Origin: Anaerolineales bacterium
Lineage (GTDB): Bacteria > Chloroflexota > Anaerolineae > Anaerolineales > DRKV01
Assembly: GCA_034435695.1 (NCBI GenBank)
Contig: DAOTWV010000247.1
Coordinates: forward strand, 1-11,601
Direction: 5' to 3'
Length of the DNA stretch: 11,601 nucleotides
The notes beneath the pieces are model-generated. The model was given only the letters and a program-made list of their open reading frames with translations. It had not been told where the DNA came from and did not search any database. Each line of letters starts with the position of its first letter. The first letter of the stretch is position 1. This document shows positions 1 through 6,448 of this stretch, in pieces. The translations under genes were made by a program, and so were the position numbers.

Positions 1-258
1 ATCAACCGCGCCCTGCGTCTGCTGGATGCCCCACCGCCAGCCTCCGCCACCCCCGCAGAGCGCGCCAGCCGTCTGGGAGAAACCCTGCCCGCAGTGCAAA
101 CGCTTCTCCCCCGCCTGCTGGATACCTACCATCGCCTGCGCTATGCCTCGCAGGTTGCCCCTCCCTCCGTGGAGGAAAGCACGCAGGCCAGTCGCGAAAT
201 CCGCACCGCAGCCCTGGTTGCCTGGCTCAACCGCAAACTCGCCCGCTGGCAGGAGTAG
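1..258 (+). CDS. 3' end of an unknown protein-coding gene (start lies upstream of the window)
   Basis: Frame 1 is open from base 1 to TAG at 256-258 and translates to ...RLLDTYHRLRYASQVAPPSVEESTQASREIRTAALVAWLNRKLARWQE*. Codon usage matches the other + strand genes. No start is inside the window, so it is absent from the ORF track. No family is recognisable. Confidence 0.4.
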   Translation: MNRALRLLDAPPPASATPAERASRLGETLPAVQTLLPRLLDTYHRLRYASQVAPPSVEESTQASREIRTAALVAWLNRKLARWQE

Positions 259-261
259 GGG

Positions 262-328
262 GACGATAGACAGTAGACGGTTGACGGTGGACGGGGCATG
301 CACCTGTCACCTGGCACCTGATACCTGC
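262..328. repeat. Two adjacent blocks of tandem 7-bp repeats: 5x GACRGNN (262-296) then 4x YACCTGN (301-328)
   Basis: Read directly: gacgata|gacagta|gacggtt|gacggtg|gacgggg, then catg, then cacctgt|cacctgg|cacctga|tacctgc. The block sits between the upstream stop (258) and a perfect TATAAT at 350-355. Confidence 0.7.
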
Positions 329-356
329 TACTTTTCCCCACAACCGGCGTATAATG
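327..356 (+). promoter_or_regulatory. Candidate sigma70-type promoter for the flotillin gene: perfect -10 TATAAT at 350-355, no convincing -35 (heptamer repeats occupy that position)
   Basis: TATAAT at 350-355 lies about 68 nt upstream of ATG 424. The -35 region (about 325-332, ctgctact) is a poor match and is overlapped by the YACCTGN repeats. Confidence 0.4.
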
Positions 357-423
357 CCATAGTGTTCCATTCCCCTGTTGCCGCGGGCAGCAGGCATTTG
401 TGGTTCCCAATTCTGGAGGCACT

Positions 424-2415
424 ATGTCACCCATCACTTTCACCCTCTTGAGCCTGACGGGGGTCATCGTTCTGTTCTTCCTGAGCGGCATCCGCTACAT
501 CCCCAACAACCGCATCGGGATTGTGGAAAAACGCTGGAGCAGCAAAGGTTCTGTTCAGTCCGGCCTGATAGCCCTGAACGGCGAGGCCGGCTATCAGCCG
601 CAGGTATTGCGCGGCGGCCTGCACTACCTCTTCCCCATCCAATACGCTGTGCACATCGCCCCACTGGTCACCATCCCGCAGGGAAAAATCGGATACGTCT
701 TTGCCCGTGATGGGCGTCCGCTTGCCCCCACGCAAACCCTGGCTTCCAACGAAAAGGCCAACGACTTCGAAGACGTGGTGGCCTTCCTGCAAAACGGGGG
801 ACAAAAAGGCCCGCAGCGCCGCATCCTGCGTGAAGGCACCTACGCCATCAACCTGATGCAGTTCGTGGTCATCACCGAAGACAAAATCTACTCCCTGCCT
901 CTCAGCAAGGAAGACAAAGCCGTCATCACGAGTATGGCTGCAAGCATCGCCAACCGAAACGGCTTTACCCCGGTGGTCATCAAGGACACCGATGACCTGG
1001 TGGGCATCGTGACCGTCCACGACGGGCCTTCCCTGCCCCAGGGGGAAATCATCGCCCCTGTGGTCGGCGATACCCCTGAAAACAGCGATACGTACCACAA
1101 CAACTTCCAGGAACCCGACCATTTCCTGCGCGCCGGCGGCTTCCGCGGGCGGCAGTTGCAGGTACTCGTCGAGGGCACCTACTACATCAACCGCCTGTTC
1201 GCCACCGTGGAGATGATTCCCAAGACCACCATTCCGGTTGGCTTCGTGGGCGTGGTCATCTTCTACACCGGCGAAAGCGGACAGGACATCTCCGGCGAGG
1301 AATACCGCCACGGCGAACTGGTAAACACCGGCCAGCGCGGCGTGTGGAGCGAACCGCTCCTGCCCGGCAAATACGCCTTCAACACCTACGCCGGGAAAGT
1401 CGTCATGGTGCCCACCACCAACATCATCCTCAAATGGATTCGCAGCGAAGTCGGCACCCACGGCTACGATGAAAACCTGGCCGAAGTCACCCTCATCACT
1501 AAAGACGCCTTCGAACCCTCCCTGCCGCTCTCTGTCGTGGTACACATTGACTACAAGAAAGCCCCGCTGGTGGTACAACGCTTCGGCGATGTCAAACGTC
1601 TGGTAGAACAAACCCTCGACCCGATGGTCTCGGCCTACTTCAAGAACATCGGCCAGACGCGCACCCTCATCGAGTTGCTGCAAGACCGCAGTGAAATCCA
1701 GCGCATTGCCGGCGAAGAAATGAAAGAGCGTTTTGGACATTACAACCTGGAACTCGAAGAAGTGCTCATCGGCACCCCATCGGCCAGCGAGGGCGACAAA
1801 CAAATCGAGGTCATCCTCAACCAGTTGCGCGCCCGTCAGATTGCCGAAGAACAGGTCGAAACCTACAGCCGGCAAGAGAAGGCCGCCGTCAAGGAACGTG
1901 AACTGCGCGAAGCCCAGGCGCGTGCCGAACAGCAGAAGAACATCACCGAATCCGAACTGAGCATCACCGTGCAGACCAACCAGGGTAAAGCGGAATACCA
2001 GCGCGCCGTGCAGAAGGCCGCCGAAATCCGCACGCTGGCGGATGCCGAGGCCGAAAAAGTGGCCCGCGTGGGTATCGCCCAGGCGCTGGCGACCGAAGAA
2101 CAGGTACGCGCCTACGGCGGCCCGCAATTCCAGGTCACCCAGCAGGTGCTCACCCGCTTCGCCGAAGCCATCCAGCAGGCCAAAGTGGACGTGGTGCCGC
2201 GCGTCATGGTCGGCGGCGGAGGCGAGACGGGCGGCAGCGCCAGCGGCAACCTGATGGAAGCCCTGCTCGCCATCCTGCTTTCCGAGCGCATGGGCGCCGT
2301 CTTGGGAGAAACCCAGCCGCCATCCCCGGAGGCCGAAGCGTTGCGCGCCCAAATCCGCGAGCGGCTCAAAAATGCCCCCGACAAGCCCACCCCGCCCAAG
2401 AAATCACAATCCTGA
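424..2415 (+). CDS. Flotillin-like SPFH/band-7 family membrane-scaffold protein (YqiK/FloT-like)
   Basis: An N-terminal TM helix (ITFTLLSLTGVIVLFFLSGI) is followed by YIPNNRIGIVEKRW and an SPFH-type domain. A long Ala/Glu/Gln-rich coiled-coil flotillin-repeat region follows (EQVETYSRQEKAAVKERELREAQARAEQQK...AEIRTLADAEAEKVARVGIAQALATEE). The C-terminus is Gly/Pro-rich. The start is placed at ATG 424 (GGAGG 415-419, 4-nt spacer) rather than the track's 400. Stop is TGA 2413-2415. Confidence 0.85.
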   Translation: MSPITFTLLSLTGVIVLFFLSGIRYIPNNRIGIVEKRWSSKGSVQSGLIALNGEAGYQPQVLRGGLHYLFPIQYAVHIAPLVTIPQGKIGYVFARDGRPLAPTQTLASNEKANDFEDVVAFLQNGGQKGPQRRILREGTYAINLMQFVVITEDKIYSLPLSKEDKAVITSMAASIANRNGFTPVVIKDTDDLVGIVTVHDGPSLPQGEIIAPVVGDTPENSDTYHNNFQEPDHFLRAGGFRGRQLQVLVEGTYYINRLFATVEMIPKTTIPVGFVGVVIFYTGESGQDISGEEYRHGELVNTGQRGVWSEPLLPGKYAFNTYAGKVVMVPTTNIILKWIRSEVGTHGYDENLAEVTLITKDAFEPSLPLSVVVHIDYKKAPLVVQRFGDVKRLVEQTLDPMVSAYFKNIGQTRTLIELLQDRSEIQRIAGEEMKERFGHYNLELEEVLIGTPSASEGDKQIEVILNQLRARQIAEEQVETYSRQEKAAVKERELREAQARAEQQKNITESELSITVQTNQGKAEYQRAVQKAAEIRTLADAEAEKVARVGIAQALATEEQVRAYGGPQFQVTQQVLTRFAEAIQQAKVDVVPRVMVGGGGETGGSASGNLMEALLAILLSERMGAVLGETQPPSPEAEALRAQIRERLKNAPDKPTPPKKSQS

Positions 2416-2426
2416 ACCCAAAGAAC

Positions 2427-2452
2427 GCCCCGCCTCCCGGCGGGGCTTTTTT
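2427..2452 (+). terminator. Rho-independent terminator after the flotillin gene
   Basis: The stem is GCCCCGCC (2427-2434) / GGCGGGGC (2439-2446) with loop TCCC, followed immediately by TTTTTT (2447-2452). It begins 12 nt after the stop codon. Confidence 0.8.
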
Positions 2453-2485
2453 CGTCCCCTCCCCCGGAGCCTCTATCGGGAAAAC

Positions 2486-2510
2486 GCCGTGTGCTCCGTG
2501 TCTCCGTGTG
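2486..2510. repeat. Short tandem direct repeat (C)TCCGTGT x3 in the intergenic region
   Basis: gCCGTGTG cTCCGTGT cTCCGTGTG, read directly; unit spacing is 8-9 bp. Confidence 0.5.
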
Positions 2511-2583
2511 CGTCATCCTCGCAAGGGACGCCCCGGCTATACTCCCCCAGAGGGGACGCAAGCAAATAGGGGGCAGGGCGGCT

Positions 2584-2602
2584 CTCCCCCCATCGGGGGG
2601 AG
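2584..2602. other. Very stable GC hairpin (8-bp stem CTCCCCCC/GGGGGGAG, 3-nt loop ATC) inside a G-tract-rich intergenic region
   Basis: ctcccccc atc ggggggag read directly. No T-run follows, so it is not a canonical terminator. Additional G-runs flank it, e.g. GGGGGGG at 2619-2625. Confidence 0.55.
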
Positions 2603-2675
2603 ATGTCCGTAGGACAGAGGGGGGGAAACAGGAAGCAATCTACATCTTTTGCTTGCCCCCGTGCGGCTTTGCCCC

Positions 2676-2704
2676 TTGACAGGTGCGATTTTTTTATGTA
2701 TCAT
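2676..2704 (+). promoter_or_regulatory. Candidate sigma70 promoter for the membrane-protein/regulator/ABC operon: TTGACA-N17-TATCAT
   Basis: Consensus -35 TTGACA at 2676-2681, a 17-bp spacer, and TATCAT at 2699-2704 with TG immediately upstream. The stretch is AT-rich and about 58 nt upstream of ATG 2762. Confidence 0.5.
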
Positions 2705-2761
2705 AACTTTGTGGCACAGAGTACTTTTTATTCAAGACAACTTTTTGGCTTTGGAGGCACG

Positions 2762-3331
2762 ATGGAAATTTCACAACAAGAGGCGCAGCAATCCCTGCGC
2801 GATATCGAAGCCGTAATGACACACACGCGCCGGGCATTGGCGCACGGCGGCGGCCCCTACTACATGCTGCTGTGGGGCACCATCTGGTTTTTGGGCTTTG
2901 GCCTTTCGCAGTTCGCTTCCGCGGATGTGATTGGGTGGGGCTGGGCGCTGCTGGATACGCTCGGCGCGCTGCTCTCTGCCTGGATTGGCTTCACACAGTC
3001 CCGGCGGGTGCGCAGCATCACCCTGGGGCCGCGTCTCGGATTATTTTGGCTGGCGTTGTTCGGGTACGCCTTTATCTGGATGTGGCTGCAACCCCCGGCG
3101 AGCGGAATGCAACTGGCGCTCATGCTCACCCTGTACACCATGTTCGGCTACGTGGTCATGGGGCTGTGGCTGCACATCAACCTGTCGGTTGGCGTGGGAC
3201 TGGCGGTCAGCGCCATTGCCGTGGCGACGTATTTCTTGCTGCCCGGTTGGTTCTACCTGACGATGGCCGTTTTGGGCGGCGGCACCCTGTTCGCCAGCGG
3301 CTGGGTGATGCTGAAACGCTGGGGAGAGTGA
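2762..3331 (+). CDS. Uncharacterised polytopic membrane protein (about 190 aa; cytoplasmic N-terminus then about 5 TM helices)
   Basis: The start is chosen at ATG 2762 (GGAGG 2753-2757, 4-nt spacer), in frame with the track ORF 2603..3331, whose 5' part overlaps the promoter. The N-terminus METSQQEAQQSLRDIEAVMTHTRRALAHGGGPYY is followed by hydrophobic segments (LLWGTIWFLGFGL; WGWALLDTLGALLSAWIGF; LGLFWLALFGYAFIWMWL; LALMLTLYTMFGYVVMGLWL; VGLAVSAIAVATYFLL...). The stop TGA 3329-3331 lies 1 nt before the regulator ATG. Confidence 0.65.
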   Translation: MEISQQEAQQSLRDIEAVMTHTRRALAHGGGPYYMLLWGTIWFLGFGLSQFASADVIGWGWALLDTLGALLSAWIGFTQSRRVRSITLGPRLGLFWLALFGYAFIWMWLQPPASGMQLALMLTLYTMFGYVVMGLWLHINLSVGVGLAVSAIAVATYFLLPGWFYLTMAVLGGGTLFASGWVMLKRWGE

Positions 3332-3332
3332 T

Positions 3333-3650
3333 ATGGACGCGCTCAACCCCATCATCCACCAGCCTACCCGGCTGCGCATCATGGCTTCCCTGGCTGCCCT
3401 GGATGGAGATGTCTCGCTGGAATTCACCACCCTGCGGGACCTGCTCAAACTGACGGATGGCAACCTGGGGACGCACCTGCGCACCCTCGAAGAGGCCGGT
3501 TATATCCAGGTGGAAAAAACCTTCGTGGGGCGCAAGCCGTGTACCTTCATTTCCTTGACCGAAGAGGGTCGCGCGGCCTTTCAAAGCCACGTGCGCGCCC
3601 TCGAGGCTCTGATTTATGCCGGAGGAAAAAGCGATGAACGCAGTGATTGA
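3333..3650 (+). CDS. Small winged-helix-turn-helix transcriptional regulator (MarR/ArsR-like, HTH_34-type wHTH)
   Basis: 105 aa. The wHTH signature is HQPTRLRIMASLAAL...LEFTTLRDLLKLTDGNLGTHLRTLEEAGYIQVEKTFVGRKPCTFISLTEEGRAAFQSHVRALEAL (recognition helix, then a beta-hairpin wing GRKP). It is tightly coupled to the upstream membrane protein and is overlapped by the downstream ABC ATPase. Confidence 0.75.
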   Translation: MDALNPIIHQPTRLRIMASLAALDGDVSLEFTTLRDLLKLTDGNLGTHLRTLEEAGYIQVEKTFVGRKPCTFISLTEEGRAAFQSHVRALEALIYAGGKSDERSD

Positions 3651-4551
3651 AGTACGCGACCTGCACAAATCCTATGGAACGGTGCAGGCCGTGCGCGGGG
3701 TTTCGTTTACCGTGCAGGCCGGAGAAATTTTCGGCATGGTCGGCCCCAATGGGGCGGGAAAGACCACCACCATCGAGTGCCTGGAAGGGCTGCGCCGCCC
3801 TGACAGCGGGGATGTGCGCGTCCTGGGGCAGGTTCCCCACCAGGCCGGACGCGCCTTGCAGCAGCGCATCGGGGTGCAGTTGCAGCAATCGGCGCTGCCG
3901 CCCCGCCTCAAGGTGTGGGAAGCCTGCGACCTGTTCGCTTCCTTTTATCAGAAGCACGTCCCCTGGCAGCCCCTGCTGGAGCAATTCGGGCTGGCCGAAA
4001 AGCGCAACGCCTTTGTGGGCAAACTTTCCGGCGGGCAGCAGCAACGCCTGCACATCGTGCTGGCGCTGCTCAACGACCCGGAGGTGGTGTTTCTGGACGA
4101 ACTGACCACCGGCCTGGACCCGCAGGCGCGGCATGCCATGTGGGACATGGTACGCGATATCCGCTCACGCGGCAAGACGGTTTTCCTGACCACGCACTTC
4201 ATGGAAGAGGCCGAGCGTCTGTGCGACCGCGTGGCGGTGATGGATGCCGGGAAAATCATCGCGCTGGATACCCCCGAAGGGCTGACGCGTGCCCTCGAAG
4301 GGCAGGTCTCCATCGTGTGCACCGTTTCCGGGGGGGACGTTCCCCTGGAGGAATTACGCGCCCTCAGGGGGGTAGAACAGGTCACCCTGAGTGGGGCGCG
4401 GCTGGAAATCACGGGGCGCGGGGATGCCCTGCTCCCGCAGGTGGTTGCCCTGCTCAGCGCCCGTGGTCTGACCATTCGAGATATGCGCACCGAGCAGCCG
4501 GGACTGGAAGACGCCTTCCTGGCATTGACCGGCCACCAGGTGCGCGTCTGA
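3634..4551 (+). CDS. ABC transporter ATP-binding protein (ABC-2/DrrA-like exporter ATPase with C-terminal extension)
   Basis: Walker A GPNGAGKTT, signature LSGGQQQR and Walker B VVFLDE are all present. The start is placed at ATG 3634 (GGAGG 3621-3625, 8-nt spacer), giving MNAVIEVRDLHKSYG. The alternative in-frame ATG at 3616 lacks an SD. It overlaps the regulator 3' end by 17 nt. Confidence 0.9.
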   Translation: MNAVIEVRDLHKSYGTVQAVRGVSFTVQAGEIFGMVGPNGAGKTTTIECLEGLRRPDSGDVRVLGQVPHQAGRALQQRIGVQLQQSALPPRLKVWEACDLFASFYQKHVPWQPLLEQFGLAEKRNAFVGKLSGGQQQRLHIVLALLNDPEVVFLDELTTGLDPQARHAMWDMVRDIRSRGKTVFLTTHFMEEAERLCDRVAVMDAGKIIALDTPEGLTRALEGQVSIVCTVSGGDVPLEELRALRGVEQVTLSGARLEITGRGDALLPQVVALLSARGLTIRDMRTEQPGLEDAFLALTGHQVRV

Positions 4552-4563
4552 GGAGGCTCTGCC

Positions 4564-5316
4564 ATGCAATCTTTCGGAAAACTTACCCTGGTGAACCTGA
4601 AATTGTACGTGCGCGAACCGGTGGCGTTCTTTTTCACCGTCGCCTACGCGCCCCTGATGCTGATGCTGTTCGGTGCGATTTACGGCAACCAGCCGGAGGC
4701 CATCTTCGGCGGGCGCGGCACGATGGACGTTTCCGTGCCGGCCTATGTGGCGCTGATTGTGGTCACGGTGGGGCTGATGAGCGTGCCGATTGCCACCGCC
4801 AACGCCCGCGAATACGGCGTGCTGCGCCGCTTTCGGGCTACGCCGCTCTCCCCGGCCGTCTACATGGCCGCCGAAGTGCTGGAGTTTTACCTGATGGCGC
4901 TGGTGGGCGTCATCCTGCTGGTGCTGGTGGGCAAACTGGCCTATGACGTGCGCATCGATGGCAATCTGTTCTCCCTGTGGCTGGGATTCACCCTGGGCGC
5001 GCTCTCCACGTTTGCGATGGGCTACCTGCTGGCCGCCCTGATGCCCTCGGCGCGCATGGCGCAAACGGTCGGGATGGTGCTGGCCTTCCCCATGATGTTC
5101 CTCTCCGGCGCGACCATCCCCCTGCAGGTGATGCCGGAGAGCATCCAGCACCTGGCGCAGTGGATTCCGCTGACGTATGTGGTACAGTTGATGCAGGGGT
5201 TGTGGTTTGGGGATGCCTGGGGGACGCTGACGAAGCCGGTGGTGGTGCTGGCGGCGGTGGGCGTGGTGTGCGCCCTGCTGACGGCGCGCTTCTTCCGCTG
5301 GGATTCTGAGGGGTGA
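4564..5316 (+). CDS. ABC-2 family transporter permease (6 TM)
   Basis: 250-aa hydrophobic protein with the ABC-2 permease topology. AGGAGG at 4551-4556 sits 7 nt upstream of the ATG and 12 nt after the ATPase stop. Confidence 0.85.
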   Translation: MQSFGKLTLVNLKLYVREPVAFFFTVAYAPLMLMLFGAIYGNQPEAIFGGRGTMDVSVPAYVALIVVTVGLMSVPIATANAREYGVLRRFRATPLSPAVYMAAEVLEFYLMALVGVILLVLVGKLAYDVRIDGNLFSLWLGFTLGALSTFAMGYLLAALMPSARMAQTVGMVLAFPMMFLSGATIPLQVMPESIQHLAQWIPLTYVVQLMQGLWFGDAWGTLTKPVVVLAAVGVVCALLTARFFRWDSEG

Positions 5317-5344
5317 GGCTCACCCCTGCGCATGGGCAAAAACA

Positions 5345-5385
5345 CGCCGCCGGGTAGCGCAATGCCATCCGGCGGCGCTGCTTTC
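5345..5385 (+). terminator. Candidate terminator/hairpin after the ABC operon (9-bp GC stem, 15-nt loop, weak CTGCTTTC tail)
   Basis: CGCCGCCGG (5345-5353) pairs with CCGGCGGCG (5369-5377), followed by ctgctttc. The T-tract is poor, so it is weaker than the flotillin terminator. A second small hairpin GGGGTG..CACCCC (5310-5326) overlaps the permease stop codon. Confidence 0.35.
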
Positions 5386-5463
5386 GGCGAGGGGGCGGCA
5401 TAACGGGGGAAGAAAATCCCGTTGTAAAGAGGATATTTGCGCCTGCAGCCAATGGGGGGATTT

Positions 5464-5472
5464 TGATATACT
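5464..5472 (+). promoter_or_regulatory. Candidate extended -10 promoter (TGaTATACT) for the binding-protein/kinase/regulator operon
   Basis: TG-N-TATACT at 5464-5472 lies 32 nt upstream of ATG 5504 in an AT-rich patch. No good -35 is present. Confidence 0.35.
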
Positions 5473-5503
5473 TTCTCTACAAATCCCTTTTTCCGGAGGT
5501 TGT

Positions 5504-6448
5504 ATGCGCAGTTTGCAGAAATTCTTAGCGGTGTGTATGTTGTTCCTCAGTTTACTGTTGACGGGGTGCGGTTCTTCCGTAAACGTAGCCGTGGATGGCG
5601 CGGTGCGCCTGCATGACTTGTCGCCGCTGCCCACCCCGCAGAGTACGGATGTGGTGCCCATTCGGGTGGCCGTGGCGGCGGTCATTTCTCCCAAAGGGAC
5701 GGTGGAAAGTTATTCGCCGCTGTTTTCGTACCTGTCGGAGGCCACCGGGCGGCCGGTGGAAATCGTGCAGCGGCGCACCTATGCGGAGGTCAACGACCTG
5801 GTGCGCACCGGTGAAGTAGACCTGGCCTTCGTGTGTACCAGTTCCTACCTGGTGGGGCGGCGGGATTTTGGCATGCAATTGCTGGTTGCCCCCCAGGTGC
5901 AGGGAAGGACGACCTACCAGGCCTACCTGATTGTCCCGGCGGACAGCCCGGCGCAATCGCTGGAAGATTTGCGCGGCGGCGTATTTGCCTTTACGGACCC
6001 GATTTCGTTTTCCGGGCGTATGGTGCCGACCTACTGGCTGCAACAAATGGGCGAAGTCCCGGAAACCTTTTTCAAGCGTACCTTCTTCACCTATAGCCAC
6101 GATGACGCCATCCACGCCGTGGTGCGCCACCTGGCCGATGGGGCTTCGATTGATTCACTGGTCTTCGATTTTGCCGTGCAGCGCGACCCCTCGCTGCTGG
6201 AGCAGGTGCGCATCATCCGCAAATCGGAACCGTACGGCATTCCCCCCGTGGTGGTAGGCCCATCCGTGCGCCCTCAAATTCGCTCGCTGCTGCAGGAAAT
6301 CCTGCTGGGCATGGCAGACGACCCCCAGGGACAGGCCGCCTTGCAAGCGCTGGGCTATGACCGCTTCGTGATGGTGGATGAGGCGCTTTACCAGAGCGCC
6401 ATGCAGGTGCAGGATGCCCTGCACTTCGAGTTGCAGGAAACTCCATGA
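5504..6448 (+). CDS. PhnD-family (phosphonate/oxyanion-binding-like) periplasmic substrate-binding lipoprotein, a sensor-associated 'X' protein of the AioX/ArrX type
   Basis: GGAGG at 5495-5499 precedes the start. The signal peptide MRSLQKFLAVCMLFLSLLLTGC ends in a lipobox (L-T-G-C). The mature region has a PhnD/SsuA-like type-2 periplasmic binding protein fold (VAVAAVISPKG...YSPLFSYLSEATGRPVEIV...VDLAFVCTSSY...QAYLIVPADSP...FAFTDPISFSGRMVPTYWL). It sits directly upstream of, and is translationally coupled to, a sensor kinase. Confidence 0.75.
   Translation: MRSLQKFLAVCMLFLSLLLTGCGSSVNVAVDGAVRLHDLSPLPTPQSTDVVPIRVAVAAVISPKGTVESYSPLFSYLSEATGRPVEIVQRRTYAEVNDLVRTGEVDLAFVCTSSYLVGRRDFGMQLLVAPQVQGRTTYQAYLIVPADSPAQSLEDLRGGVFAFTDPISFSGRMVPTYWLQQMGEVPETFFKRTFFTYSHDDAIHAVVRHLADGASIDSLVFDFAVQRDPSLLEQVRIIRKSEPYGIPPVVVGPSVRPQIRSLLQEILLGMADDPQGQAALQALGYDRFVMVDEALYQSAMQVQDALHFELQETP

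Noticed and set aside
427-2352. 641-aa minus-strand ORF antisense to the flotillin gene
   Set aside because: Shadow ORF typical of high-GC DNA. The translation is low-complexity and Gly/Ala/Arg/His-rich with no domain features. The + strand product has clear SPFH/flotillin features and a proper SD.
2544-2625. CRISPR or other regular spaced repeats in the G-rich intergenic region
   Set aside because: The repeats are very short (7-12 bp), few and irregularly spaced, with no spacer architecture. It is not a CRISPR array.
2603-2761. Track ORF start at 2603 (MSVGQRGG...) for the membrane protein
   Set aside because: This 5' extension covers the candidate promoter (TTGACA...TATCAT) and the G-rich hairpin region and has no SD. 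ATG 2762 has GGAGG at the right distance and begins right after the AT-rich promoter.
3915-4946. 343-aa + strand ORF in an alternative frame overlapping the ABC ATPase/permease
   Set aside because: Arg/Gly/Pro/Ala-rich translation of the wrong frame of high-GC coding DNA. The Walker A, Walker B and signature motifs lie in the other frame.
5310-5326. GGGGTGAG-G-CTCACCCC hairpin overlapping the permease stop codon as a terminator
   Set aside because: It has an effective 6-bp stem and no following T-tract. It is more likely incidental or a minor mRNA 3' stabiliser; the better, still weak, terminator candidate is at 5345-5385.
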